Notes under the pieces: model-generated
Database searches by the model: none
Seen by the model: only the letters and a program-made list of their open reading frames with translations
What the model was told of the DNA's origin: nothing
In this document: positions 1 through 10,819 of the stretch, piece by piece
Layout: the number at the start of each line of letters is the position of its first letter
Numbering within the stretch: position 1 is the first letter of the stretch
From: Haemophilus parainfluenzae
GTDB lineage: Bacteria; Pseudomonadota; Gammaproteobacteria; Enterobacterales; Pasteurellaceae
Reading direction: 5' to 3'
Assembly: GCA_018366115.1 (NCBI GenBank)
Contig: JAGZIS010000001.1
Span: 254,118 to 318,117 of the forward strand
Length of the DNA: 64,000 bases
Translations under genes and position numbers: made by a program

Positions 1-479
1 ATGAAGCATTCTTAAAATTGGCAGACAAAAAAGGCCAAGTATTCGATTATGACTTAGAAGCTTTAGCCTTTATCGATATGCAACAAGGGGATGAGGATCG
101 TTTAGTGTTAGATAAACTTTCTGCACATTCCACTAAAGAATATCCAGCAACTGCGTTTGTTCAAGTGGAATTGGATGGTAAAAAATTAAGCACCTCTTCT
201 ATCGGTGGTAATGGTCCGGTTGATGCAGTTTACAATGCGATCTTGAATTTAACCGGCTTAGATATCAAAATGTCCCACTATAACTTAACTGCAAAAGGCG
301 AAGGTGCTGAAGCCTTAGGTCAGGTAGATATCGTGGTTGAACACGAAGGCCGAAAATTCCATGGCGTTGGTTTAGCGACAGACATCGTTGAATCTTCCGC
401 ACTTGCTTTAGTTCATGCAATTAATGCCATTTATCGTGCACATAAAGTCGCCGATATTAAAAGCCATAAACATCATTAA
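1..479 (+). CDS. leuA: 2-isopropylmalate synthase, C-terminal (regulatory) part. The gene begins upstream of the window.
   Basis: The frame is open from base 3. The translation ...[23 protein letters not shown]...[12 protein letters not shown] matches the LeuA C-terminal dimerisation/regulatory domain, and leuB follows directly. Confidence 0.8.
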   Translation, partial: EAFLKLADKKGQVFDYDLEALAFIDMQQGDEDRLVLDKLSAHSTKEYPATAFVQVELDGKKLSTSSIGGNGPVDAVYNAILNLTGLDIKMSHYNLTAKGEGAEALGQVDIVVEHEGRKFHGVGLATDIVESSALALVHAINAIYRAHKVADIKSHKHH

Positions 480-489
480 TTAATTGAGT

Positions 490-524
490 CCCCCTCTTTA
501 GCAAAGAGGGGTTAGGGGAGATTT
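490..524. repeat. Palindromic intergenic repeat unit, copy A (CCCCTCTTTAGCAAAGAGGGG-TTA-GGGGAGATTT).
   Basis: A perfect 9-bp inverted repeat CCCCTCTTT/AAAGAGGGG followed by the GGGGAGATTT tail. It belongs to the same family as 568..601, 32134..32170 and 32267..32299. Confidence 0.7.
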
Positions 525-567
525 AGCAGAAGTAACATCAACCTCAGCAGTAAATTTTATATCGTTA

Positions 568-601
568 AAATCTCCCCCAGCCCCTCTTTACAAAAGAGGG
601 G
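568..601. repeat. Palindromic intergenic repeat unit, copy B, in opposite orientation (AAATCTCCCC-CAG-CCCCTCTTTACAAAAGAGGGG).
   Basis: This is the reverse-complement arrangement of copy A, 43 bp downstream. Together the two form a BIME/MITE-like inverted pair between leuA and leuB. Confidence 0.7.
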
Positions 602-631
602 AGAAAATTAACCGCACTTTAGTGTGACTGA

Positions 632-1723
<1,092 letters not shown>

Positions 1724-1800
1724 TCGTAGGGTGGGCATTTTGTCCACCATTAACAAATTTAATAAAGGGGAGTAAGCGTCCCTAGAAAAAAGGAGATTAT

Positions 1801-2094
1801 ATGTTTATTGTTTCATTAACCTATATTCAACCTTTAGAGAAAATTGAAGAATTTCTAGCTGAACACAGAACATTTTTAGATAAGTTTTATCAACAAGGTA
1901 AGTTTCTAATGTCTGGACGTAAAGAACCTAGAACTGGTGGAATCATTATTATGAATGCAAAAGATCTTGATGAAGTAAATCAAATTATTGAACAAGATCC
2001 ATTTCACCAACACAAAATAGCAGATTATCAAGTGATAGAGTTCTATCCATCTAAAGTTGCGAATGGATTAGAAAAATACCAACAGACAATTTAA
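1801..2094 (+). CDS. YciI-like (Dabb-fold) small protein, inserted between leuB and leuC.
   Basis: 97 aa with a strong AAGGAG RBS at 1789-1794. Its size and pattern fit the YciI family (PF03795-like). Composition is AT-rich relative to the flanking leu genes. Confidence 0.7.
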   Translation: MFIVSLTYIQPLEKIEEFLAEHRTFLDKFYQQGKFLMSGRKEPRTGGIIIMNAKDLDEVNQIIEQDPFHQHKIADYQVIEFYPSKVANGLEKYQQTI

Positions 2095-2137
2095 AACTTA
2101 CTACTCTAACAAAGCTCCTAACGAATTGAGAAAAATT

Positions 2138-3547
2138 ATGGCAAAAACTCTTTACGAAAAATTATTCGATGACCATGTGGTGTACGAAGCTGAAGGCGAA
2201 ACGCCGATTTTGTATATTAACCGTCATTTAATCCATGAAGTGACCAGCCCACAAGCCTTTGATGGTTTACGAGTTGCAGGCCGCCAAGTACGTCAAGTCA
2301 GTAAAACCTTCGGTACCATGGATCACAGTATTTCTACCCAAGTACGTGATGTAAATAAACTTGAAGGCCAAGCGAAAATTCAAGTATTGGAACTTGAAAA
2401 AAACACAAAAGCGACTGGTATTCAATTATTCGACATGACCACAAAAGAACAAGGTATCGTGCATGTCATGGGGCCTGAACAAGGCTTAACCTTACCAGGT
2501 ATGACAATCGTCTGCGGTGACTCCCATACCGCCACCCACGGTGCATTCGGTGCCTTGGCATTTGGTATTGGTACATCTGAAGTAGAACACGTATTAGCCA
2601 CACAAACCTTAAAGCAAGCCCGCGCAAAAAATATGAAAATTGAAGTGCGTGGCAAAGTAGCACCAGGCATTACCGCAAAAGATATTATTCTTGCCATTAT
2701 CGGTAAAACCACCATGGCAGGCGGTACAGGCCATGTGGTGGAGTTCTGCGGTGAAGCGATTCGTGATCTTTCCATGGAAGGCCGTATGACTGTATGTAAT
2801 ATGGCGATTGAAATGGGTGCAAAAGCCGGCTTAATCGCACCAGATGAAACGACTTTCGAATACTTAAAAGGTCGTCCACATGCGCCGAAAGGTAAAGATT
2901 GGGATGATGCGGTTGCTTATTGGAAAACCTTAAAATCCGATGACGATGCGAAATTTGACACGGTCATCACATTAGAAGCGAAAGACATTGCACCACAGGT
3001 AACTTGGGGAACAAATCCAGGCCAAGTAATTGGTATCGATCAGCCAGTGCCAAATCCAGCAGAAATGACCGATCCGGTGACTCGTGCTTCAGCAGAAAAA
3101 GCCTTGAATTATATCGGTTTAAAACCGAATACCGATTTAAAAGAAATCCCTGTAGATCAAGTGTTTATCGGTTCTTGCACCAATGCTCGTATCGAAGATT
3201 TACGTGCCGCAGCGGCTGTCATGAAGGGGCGCAAAAAAGCCGACAATGTAAAACGTATTTTAGTGGTGCCAGGTTCGGGGTTAGTGAAAGAACAAGCAGA
3301 AAAAGAAGGTTTGGATAAAATCTTTATCGAAGCGGGCGCTGAATGGCGTAATCCTGGCTGCTCAATGTGTTTAGGCATGAACGATGACCGTTTAGGTGAA
3401 TGGGAACGTTGTGCTTCCACGTCAAACCGTAACTTTGAAGGTCGTCAAGGCCGTAATGGTCGCACTCACTTGGTGAGTCCTGCGATGGCAGCGGCAGCGG
3501 GAATGTTTGGTAAATTCGTTGATATTCGTGACGTCACATTAAACTAA
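2138..3547 (+). CDS. leuC: 3-isopropylmalate dehydratase large subunit.
   Basis: [15 protein letters not shown] aligns to the E. coli LeuC N-terminus. The ORF track extends to 2126 (MRKIMAKT...). Aconitase-family Cys ligands are present. Confidence 0.9.
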   Translation: MAKTLYEKLFDDHVVYEAEGETPILYINRHLIHEVTSPQAFDGLRVAGRQVRQVSKTFGTMDHSISTQVRDVNKLEGQAKIQVLELEKNTKATGIQLFDMTTKEQGIVHVMGPEQGLTLPGMTIVCGDSHTATHGAFGALAFGIGTSEVEHVLATQTLKQARAKNMKIEVRGKVAPGITAKDIILAIIGKTTMAGGTGHVVEFCGEAIRDLSMEGRMTVCNMAIEMGAKAGLIAPDETTFEYLKGRPHAPKGKDWDDAVAYWKTLKSDDDAKFDTVITLEAKDIAPQVTWGTNPGQVIGIDQPVPNPAEMTDPVTRASAEKALNYIGLKPNTDLKEIPVDQVFIGSCTNARIEDLRAAAAVMKGRKKADNVKRILVVPGSGLVKEQAEKEGLDKIFIEAGAEWRNPGCSMCLGMNDDRLGEWERCASTSNRNFEGRQGRNGRTHLVSPAMAAAAGMFGKFVDIRDVTLN

Positions 3548-3557
3548 GGAGCAGAAA

Positions 3558-4160
3558 ATGGCAGGATTTAAACAACTTTCAGGCTTAGTAGTGCCATTGG
3601 ATGCGGCAAACGTGGACACGGATGCAATTATTCCAAAACAATTTTTACAAGCCATTACCCGCGTAGGTTTCGGTAAACATTTATTCCATGAATGGCGTTA
3701 TTTGGATGTAGAAGGCACCAAGCCAAACCCAGATTTCGTATTGAATTATCCACAATATCAAGGCGCGACCATTTTATTAGCGCGTAAAAATCTTGGTTGT
3801 GGTTCTTCTCGTGAACATGCACCTTGGGCATTAGCCGATTACGGTTTCAAAGTAATGATCGCACCAAGTTTTGCGGATATTTTCTATAACAACAGTTTAA
3901 ATAACCACATGTTACCGATTCGTTTAAGCGAAGAAGAAGTAGAAGAAATCTTCCAATGGGTGTGGGCAAATGAAGGCAAACAAATCCATGTGGATTTGGA
4001 AGCGATGACGGTCACTGTAGGTGACAAAGTCTATCACTTTGAACTGGATGAATTCCGCCGTCATTGTTTGTTAAACGGCTTGGATAACATCGGTTTGACG
4101 TTACAACACGAAGATGCCATCAGCGAATATGAAAAAAATATTCCGGCATTTTTACGTTAA
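3558..4160 (+). CDS. leuD: 3-isopropylmalate dehydratase small subunit.
   Basis: 200 aa of LeuD-family sequence. A GGAGCAG RBS precedes the start, 10 bp after leuC. Confidence 0.95.
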   Translation: MAGFKQLSGLVVPLDAANVDTDAIIPKQFLQAITRVGFGKHLFHEWRYLDVEGTKPNPDFVLNYPQYQGATILLARKNLGCGSSREHAPWALADYGFKVMIAPSFADIFYNNSLNNHMLPIRLSEEEVEEIFQWVWANEGKQIHVDLEAMTVTVGDKVYHFELDEFRRHCLLNGLDNIGLTLQHEDAISEYEKNIPAFLR

Positions 4161-4200
4161 TCTGTTTTTTTACTCGGACAGCAAATATTGCTAACCATTC

Positions 4201-4228
4201 GGCGGACAATTTGTCCGCCTTTCTTTTT
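4201..4228 (+). terminator. Rho-independent terminator after leuD.
   Basis: The GGCGGACA-attt-TGTCCGCC hairpin is followed by TTTCTTTTT. Confidence 0.75.
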
Positions 4229-4335
4229 GAAAACATTCCATTTTTTTACCGCACTTTCTCCCCTTTTATTTGACAGTACCCATGCTTATCCCTATTATTC
4301 CGACCAATATTGATTGATTTTAAAAAGAGCTGTCT

Positions 4336-7300
4336 ATGTCACATAATCAAACCGAATTACTGAAAAAATCCCTCGCTGAACGCATCCTCATTTTAGACGG
4401 TGCGATGGGGACGATGATCCAAAAATACAAACTCACCGAGGCTGATTTTAGAGGCGAGCGTTTTAAAGAAAGTACGGTTGATTTACGTGGCAATAATGAC
4501 TTGCTCACCTTAACCCAACCGCTGCTAATTTCTGCCATTCATGAGAAATATTTACAAGCGGGTGCCGATATTATTGAAACCAATACCTTCAGTTCGACCA
4601 CCATTGCGCAAGCGGATTATGATTTACAGTCTATTGCCTACGAACTGAATTTTGCAGGTGCAAAACTAGCGCGTTTAGCCGCAGATAAATATAGCACACC
4701 AGAAAAACCTCGCTTTGTTGCAGGTGTATTAGGGCCAACTAACCGTACAGCCTCTATTTCTCCCGATGTAAATGACCCGGGTTTCCGTAATGTGACGTTT
4801 ATGGAATTGGTGGATGCCTATGCCCAAGCAACCAAAGGCTTAATTGAAGGTGGTGCTGATTTAATCATGATCGAAACCATTTTCGACACGTTAAACGCGA
4901 AAGCCGCCATTTTCGCCATTGAAACGGTATTTGAAGAATTAGGTGTGGAATTGCCGATTATGATTTCCGGCACCATTACCGATGCTTCAGGCCGTACCCT
5001 TTCAGGGCAAACCACTGAAGCGTTCTACAACTCGCTTCGTCATGCTAAACCACTGACGTTCGGTTTGAACTGTGCGCTCGGCCCGAAAGAACTCCGCCAA
5101 TATGTTGAACAACTCTCTAAAATCAGCGAAACCTACGTTTCTGTTCACCCAAATGCAGGCTTACCCAATGCTTTTGGTGGCTATGATTTGGGTGCAGAAG
5201 AGATGGCGGCACATCTGAAAGAATGGGCTGAAAGTGGCTTTGTGAACATTGTTGGTGGTTGTTGTGGTACCACCCCTGAACACATCAAAGCCTTTGCCGA
5301 TGCCATGCAAGGTATTGCACCGCGTAAATTACCTGAAATTAAAACCGCGATGCGTTTATCGGGCTTAGAGCCACTCAATATTGATGATGAAAGCCTATTC
5401 GTGAACGTGGGTGAACGTAATAACGTGACAGGTTCGGCGAAATTTAAGCGCTTAATTAAAGAAGACAAATTTGCCGAAGCCATTGAAATTGCCATCGACC
5501 AAGTGGAAAACGGCGCGCAAGTGATCGACGTCAATATGGACGAAGCCTTATTAGACGGCAAAAAATGCATGACCCGTTTCCTCAATATTATGGCGACCGA
5601 ACCCGATGCAGCGAAAGTGCCGGTGATGATCGACTCCTCAAAATGGGAAGTAATTGAGGCAGGTTTGCAGTCGGTGCAAGGTAAACCGATTGTGAACTCA
5701 ATCTCGTTGAAAGAAGGCGAAGACATCTTTATCGAACACGCTAAATTGGTGCGTAAATATGGTGCCGCTGTAGTTGTGATGGCATTTGACGAAGTGGGTC
5801 AAGCCGATACCGAAGATCGTAAAGTGGAAATTTGTAGCCGTGCTTATGACATTTTGGTGAACCAAGTCGGCTTCCCGCCAGAAGATATCATTTTTGACCC
5901 GAATATTTTTGCGATCGGTACAGGGATTGAAGAACACAACAATTATGGTGTGGATTTCATCAACGCTACAGGCCGTATTAAACGCACATTACCACATGCG
6001 AAAATCTCGGGCGGGGTGTCGAATGTGTCTTTCTCATTCCGTGGTAACAACGTGATGCGTGAAGCCATTCACGCCGTCTTCCTCTATCACGCCATTAAAC
6101 AAGGCATGGATATGGGAATTGTGAATGCGGGACAACTTGCGATTTATGACGATCTCGATCCTGAATTACGTGAAATTGTGGAAGATGCGGTATTAAACCG
6201 CAGCCCAGATGCCACCGAAAAATTACTCGATATTGCGGAAAAATATCGTAACCAAGGCAACGATGAAAGTGCGGTCGACTCTGTCGCAGAATGGCGTACT
6301 TGGCCTGTAGAAGAACGTTTAAAACATGCGCTGGTGAAAGGGATTACCACTTACATTGTGGAAGATACCGAAGAAGCTCGCCAACAATTACCAAGCCCAT
6401 TAGATGTCATTGAAGGGCCGCTGATGGAAGGGATGGATGTCGTCGGCGATTTATTCGGTGACGGTAAAATGTTCCTCCCGCAAGTAGTGAAATCTGCGCG
6501 CGTAATGAAACAATCTGTGGCGTATTTAGAGCCGTTTATCAACGCCACCAAACAAAAAGGCTCAAGCAACGGTAAAGTGGTGATTGCCACCGTGAAAGGC
6601 GACGTACACGATATTGGTAAAAACATCGTAAGCGTAGTAATGCAATGTAATAACTTTGAAGTGATTGACTTGGGCGTGATGGTACCTGCAGACAAAATCA
6701 TTCAAACCGCCATTGATGAAAAGGCTGACATCATCGCGTTAAGTGGTTTGATTACTCCTTCTTTAGATGAGATGGAATACTTCTTAGGTGAAATGACTCG
6801 TTTAGGTTTAAATCTGCCTGTGATGATTGGCGGTGCAACCACCTCTAAAGAACATACGGCGATTAAACTTTATCCAAAATATAAAGAACACGGCGTATTT
6901 TATACCTCTAACGCCTCCCGTGCGGTGACGGTGTGTGCGACATTAATGAATCCTGAAAGCCGTGCGGCATTGTGGGAACAATTCAAAAAAGATTACGAGA
7001 AAATTCAGCAATCTTTCTCTAACCGTAAACCACTGCGCAAACAGCTTAGCATTGAAGAAGCGCGTGCAAACCGCTTTGATGGCTTTAGCGGTGAATGGGC
7101 AGATTACGTGCCACCAAAACCAAACCAAACCGGTATTGTGGAATTTAAAAACGTACCGATTGCCACATTGCGTAAATTTATCGACTGGTCACCATTCTTC
7201 CGCATTTGGGGGTTAATGGGTGGCTATCCTGATGCCTTTGATTATCCAGAAGGCGGCGAAGAAGCACGTAAAGTGTGGAATGATGCACAAGTAGTCTTAG

Positions 7301-8028
7301 ATGAATTAGAGCAAAACCACAAGCTCAACCCAAGTGGTATTTTAGGTATTTTCCCTGCAGAACGCGTGGGCGATGATGTGGTGCTTTTCGCTGATGAAGA
7401 ACGTACGCAAACCATTGGCACAGCTTACGGTTTACGCCAACAAACAGAACGTGGCAAAAATAGCAAAAGCCCGTTTAACTTTGCCTTAAGCGACTTTATT
7501 GCCGATCGCGAAAGTGGCAAAAAAGACTGGATGGGTATGTTCGCTGTCTGTGCGGGTATTGAAGAAATGGAATTAGTGGAAGGCTATAAAGCAGCAGGCG
7601 ATGACTACAATGCTATCTTACTACAAGCTGTGGGCGACCGCTTAGCGGAAGCAATGGCGGAATATTTGCACTTTGAGCTACGCACCCGCATTTGGGGCTA
7701 CACGCAAGAAGAATTCGATAACCAAGGCTTAATCAATGAAAACTATGTCGGCATCCGCCCTGCACCAGGCTATCCAAGCTGCCCTGAGCATACCGAAAAA
7801 GCCTTGATTTGGGATTTATTAGAAGTGGAACAACGCATCGGCATGAAACTCACCGAAAGCTACGCAATGTGGCCAGCGGCTTCCGTCTGTGGTTGGTACT
7901 TCACCCACCCTGCAAGTAACTATTTCACACTTGGTCGTATAGATGAAGATCAAGCTCGAGATTATGCCAAACGTAAAGGTTGGGATGAGAGGGAGATGAT
8001 GAAATGGTTGGGTGTGGCGATGAAGTAA
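4336..8028 (+). CDS. metH: Cobalamin-dependent methionine synthase.
   Basis: 1230 aa. [11 protein letters not shown]...[13 protein letters not shown] aligns with the E. coli MetH N-terminus. Homocysteine-binding, pterin, B12 (DxHxxG-like) and AdoMet domains are present in order. Confidence 0.95.
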   Translation: MSHNQTELLKKSLAERILILDGAMGTMIQKYKLTEADFRGERFKESTVDLRGNNDLLTLTQPLLISAIHEKYLQAGADIIETNTFSSTTIAQADYDLQSIAYELNFAGAKLARLAADKYSTPEKPRFVAGVLGPTNRTASISPDVNDPGFRNVTFMELVDAYAQATKGLIEGGADLIMIETIFDTLNAKAAIFAIETVFEELGVELPIMISGTITDASGRTLSGQTTEAFYNSLRHAKPLTFGLNCALGPKELRQYVEQLSKISETYVSVHPNAGLPNAFGGYDLGAEEMAAHLKEWAESGFVNIVGGCCGTTPEHIKAFADAMQGIAPRKLPEIKTAMRLSGLEPLNIDDESLFVNVGERNNVTGSAKFKRLIKEDKFAEAIEIAIDQVENGAQVIDVNMDEALLDGKKCMTRFLNIMATEPDAAKVPVMIDSSKWEVIEAGLQSVQGKPIVNSISLKEGEDIFIEHAKLVRKYGAAVVVMAFDEVGQADTEDRKVEICSRAYDILVNQVGFPPEDIIFDPNIFAIGTGIEEHNNYGVDFINATGRIKRTLPHAKISGGVSNVSFSFRGNNVMREAIHAVFLYHAIKQGMDMGIVNAGQLAIYDDLDPELREIVEDAVLNRSPDATEKLLDIAEKYRNQGNDESAVDSVAEWRTWPVEERLKHALVKGITTYIVEDTEEARQQLPSPLDVIEGPLMEGMDVVGDLFGDGKMFLPQVVKSARVMKQSVAYLEPFINATKQKGSSNGKVVIATVKGDVHDIGKNIVSVVMQCNNFEVIDLGVMVPADKIIQTAIDEKADIIALSGLITPSLDEMEYFLGEMTRLGLNLPVMIGGATTSKEHTAIKLYPKYKEHGVFYTSNASRAVTVCATLMNPESRAALWEQFKKDYEKIQQSFSNRKPLRKQLSIEEARANRFDGFSGEWADYVPPKPNQTGIVEFKNVPIATLRKFIDWSPFFRIWGLMGGYPDAFDYPEGGEEARKVWNDAQVVLDELEQNHKLNPSGILGIFPAERVGDDVVLFADEERTQTIGTAYGLRQQTERGKNSKSPFNFALSDFIADRESGKKDWMGMFAVCAGIEEMELVEGYKAAGDDYNAILLQAVGDRLAEAMAEYLHFELRTRIWGYTQEEFDNQGLINENYVGIRPAPGYPSCPEHTEKALIWDLLEVEQRIGMKLTESYAMWPAASVCGWYFTHPASNYFTLGRIDEDQARDYAKRKGWDEREMMKWLGVAMK

Positions 8029-8043
8029 CTATGTTAGTCTATA

Positions 8044-10065
8044 TTGACAAGGGGTCTATCAGTGGAACTAATCAGCGATAATCCAATAAAAGATATTAAT
8101 TCTGACTTATTAGACAGAAAAAATAGTGCAGAAAATTTTGCTAAACATATTTTTTCTTTTAATTATAAAGAAGGATTAGTTGTAGGCATCTGTGGTGAAT
8201 GGGGATCTGGAAAAACATCATATATTAATTTGATGAAACCTGAATTACAGCAGAAGGCTATTGTAGTTGACTTCAATCCATGGATGTTTAGTGACTCCTA
8301 TAACCTTGTATCTCTATTCTTTACTGAAATGGCTGCACAAATCAAAGATTATGATAGAAATTCAAATCTTATAAAAGCATTAGATAATTTTGGTAATTTC
8401 TTCTCAAGCTTAAGAGCTGTTCCATTAGTTGGAGCATATATTGGTACCTTGGGAGGATTATTAAGTACATATGCTAAAAAAAAGAAAGAAGATAATAGTT
8501 TACAGAAGCAACGAAGTAACTTAGTAAAAGAGTTAGAAAAAATAGAAAAGCCTATTGTGGTGATTTTAGATGACATAGATAGACTATCAAGTGATGAATT
8601 ACAGTCTATATTAAAGTTAGTTAGAGTAACAGGTAACTTCCCTAATATTATATATCTTTTATCTTTTGATAAAGATCGAGTAATTAAAACATTAAATGAT
8701 AGTACTATGGACGGAGAGGCCTATTTAGAAAAAATAATTCAAATACCATTTGATATACCAAAAGTATCAAGAGAATTATTAGAGAAACATCTTTTTTCAT
8801 CATTAAATGATATTCTAGGTGATGTAAAATTTGATAGTTATAGATGGTCTCAAGCATATCTAGATATTATTAAACCAACTATAAAAAACATTAGAGATGT
8901 GAGACGCTATATTGCTTCATTATCATATACATATACTCAAATTGGAAATTTCATTAATCCTATCGATTTATTAGTAATTGAAACTATCAGAGTTTTTCAC
9001 CCCAAAACATTCCAAAAAATATTTTCACTTAGAGATTATTTAACAAAATTCGACGGAGGCGAATACACAAAGCAAAAACTAAAAGAATTCATTAAAGAAG
9101 ATGAAATAAACAAAAGCTTATTGAACATACTATTCAATATACACTCAACAAGCTCTTTAGATATATCATTAGATAGCAACGAAAACAATTCATTAAGAGA
9201 AAAACGAATTTCAAATATAATACTTTTAAGCTTTTACTTTGAACAAGTGGAGAATAATGAATTTAAAGATATTATTTTATCGCAAAACCTATGGCCTTAC
9301 ATGTCTTCAGAGCTTTTTAGAATAAAATTATCTGAAATCAATGGAGAAAGACTAAAGTATGTAGTTAATAACCTAAGTGATTATGAGATTTATTTTACAG
9401 AGGAAACAGCATTAAATTCAATTCCCACCTTATATGATAACTTACCAAGAGTTACAGAAAGAGAAGATGATGTTCTTGAGCTTGATACAGATTTTATCTG
9501 GAGTAGATTAGTATATAGATTGCTAAGACAAACGCCCAATAATCACAGATACAATGTAGTATCCAAACTTATGGAGTCATGTAATTTATATGGACAGTAC
9601 GAAATTATGGGGATAATTGGGCATAGAAAAAATAGAGGTCATCAACTTGTATCGAAAGAAGAAGCTACATCTTTTGAAAACACTTTAATAAATAACGTTA
9701 ATAAATCATCCATAGATGAATTATCGAATACTCACAACCTATCCCACATCCTTTATTTTATTGTATCAACTGGAAATATTTTAAAGAATGAAATATTAAA
9801 CTCTGAAAAAATATTTTTATCTGTTCTAGCCTCTTCGGTTTCAGAAATAAGAAGACGCATCGGAATGAATCCAGCTACTATAGAGAAAATTCTAAAATGG
9901 GATATTTTAGTTAAAATATATAATAATGAAGAATTACTAAATAAAAAAATTGAAAACATTGAAAAAGAGCCTGCATTAAGTGAAATAGACTATATAAAAC
10001 TAGCAATCAAATATAAGAATGGATACAGACACAAATTTTCCGTATACGGAGATGATGATAGCTAA
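8044..10065 (+). CDS. KAP-family P-loop NTPase. A GTG at 8062 is a possible alternative start.
   Basis: Walker A GEWGSGKTS is immediately followed by an FNPW motif. A hydrophobic segment (AVPLVGAYIGTLGGLLSTYA) is inserted into the NTPase domain, and there is a Walker B IVVILDDIDRL. The gene is very AT-rich and starts 15 bp after the metH stop. Confidence 0.75.
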   Translation: MTRGLSVELISDNPIKDINSDLLDRKNSAENFAKHIFSFNYKEGLVVGICGEWGSGKTSYINLMKPELQQKAIVVDFNPWMFSDSYNLVSLFFTEMAAQIKDYDRNSNLIKALDNFGNFFSSLRAVPLVGAYIGTLGGLLSTYAKKKKEDNSLQKQRSNLVKELEKIEKPIVVILDDIDRLSSDELQSILKLVRVTGNFPNIIYLLSFDKDRVIKTLNDSTMDGEAYLEKIIQIPFDIPKVSRELLEKHLFSSLNDILGDVKFDSYRWSQAYLDIIKPTIKNIRDVRRYIASLSYTYTQIGNFINPIDLLVIETIRVFHPKTFQKIFSLRDYLTKFDGGEYTKQKLKEFIKEDEINKSLLNILFNIHSTSSLDISLDSNENNSLREKRISNIILLSFYFEQVENNEFKDIILSQNLWPYMSSELFRIKLSEINGERLKYVVNNLSDYEIYFTEETALNSIPTLYDNLPRVTEREDDVLELDTDFIWSRLVYRLLRQTPNNHRYNVVSKLMESCNLYGQYEIMGIIGHRKNRGHQLVSKEEATSFENTLINNVNKSSIDELSNTHNLSHILYFIVSTGNILKNEILNSEKIFLSVLASSVSEIRRRIGMNPATIEKILKWDILVKIYNNEELLNKKIENIEKEPALSEIDYIKLAIKYKNGYRHKFSVYGDDDS

Positions 10066-10080
10066 ATATCAGAGAAATTT

Positions 10081-10115
10081 ATGTTGGCTGTGCTACTTTA
10101 TAGCACAGCCAACAT
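10081..10115 (+). terminator. Perfect 14-bp-stem hairpin after the KAP NTPase gene.
   Basis: ATGTTGGCTGTGCT-actttat-AGCACAGCCAACAT. There is no strong U-tract, so this may be a terminator or an insertion-boundary hairpin. Confidence 0.5.
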
Positions 10116-10262
10116 ATAATTCTAGCCAGTATTTAGCACCAACACCAATTCAATTTGAATAAAATGTTCCAAAATTTGAGTGAACTAGCTCCCCCTTGCA
10201 CAATCTCCAATTTCCGCTATCATAGTCCCTTTCTTATTCACTCTACTCTCGGAACTTTATCG

Positions 10263-10730
10263 ATGAATAAATTTAAAATAGCATTACTGACGGCTGCATG
10301 CGTAGGGTTGTTTGCTTGTACAACAACACAACAACCAAAGAAAACCGTTAAAACACGATACCTTAAAAATAACATTAGCCAAGCGGAATTAAACAATCCG
10401 AAAGATTACAAGCGTTATTATTATTCTTGCCGCAATTCAGAAACAGGTTCAAATTCTTATTTAACCACTTACTTCCCGCTTTCAAGAGAAAGCCGCATGA
10501 AAGATAACTTTGGTATTTATTTCCAATTAGACGGTGGAAAAGCAGTGCCGTTTGACCATGTGGAAAATCGTACCTTGAATGCACGTGGAAATCGCTTTGA
10601 AGTGATTTATCGCTCTTATGAGCCAATTGATGGCAGTTATGTTGATTTAATCGCACGTGAAAATAATTCCGTGTATTACAAAAATAATCAAGGCATGAAA
10701 AGCACTTGGTTAAACTGTCGAGAAGGCTAA
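10263..10730 (+). CDS. Hypothetical lipoprotein.
   Basis: The ORF track starts at the TTG at 10155. The internal ATG at 10263 gives MNKFKIALLTAACVGLFAC..., a typical signal peptide with a lipobox-like Cys. The gene is AT-rich and has no recognisable family. Confidence 0.5.
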   Translation: MNKFKIALLTAACVGLFACTTTQQPKKTVKTRYLKNNISQAELNNPKDYKRYYYSCRNSETGSNSYLTTYFPLSRESRMKDNFGIYFQLDGGKAVPFDHVENRTLNARGNRFEVIYRSYEPIDGSYVDLIARENNSVYYKNNQGMKSTWLNCREG

Positions 10731-10819
10731 TTATCACTGAAAGTGCGGTCATTTTTAGACGCATTTTTCCAAACAAAAAAGCACGAGCTTAAACTCGAGC
10801 TTTTTCTTTTTTATCTTGA

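Noticed and set aside
1735-1760. GTAGGGTGGGC...GTCCACCAT, resembling a Haemophilus intergenic dyad sequence.
   Set aside because: Only a partial, imperfect dyad is present. It is too short to call confidently and is noted only in passing.
2422-3420. Several 60-117 aa ORFs antisense to or out of frame within leuC (2422..2775, 2466..2663, 2697..2879, 3004..3318, 3157..3420).
   Set aside because: They lie entirely within a strongly supported conserved gene and have Arg/Ser/Pro-rich low-complexity translations. They are frame artefacts.
10375-10776. A 133-aa minus-strand ORF overlapping the lipoprotein gene.
   Set aside because: It is antisense to a better-supported ORF with a signal peptide. 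It has no RBS and a Cys/His-rich odd composition typical of AT-rich antisense frames.
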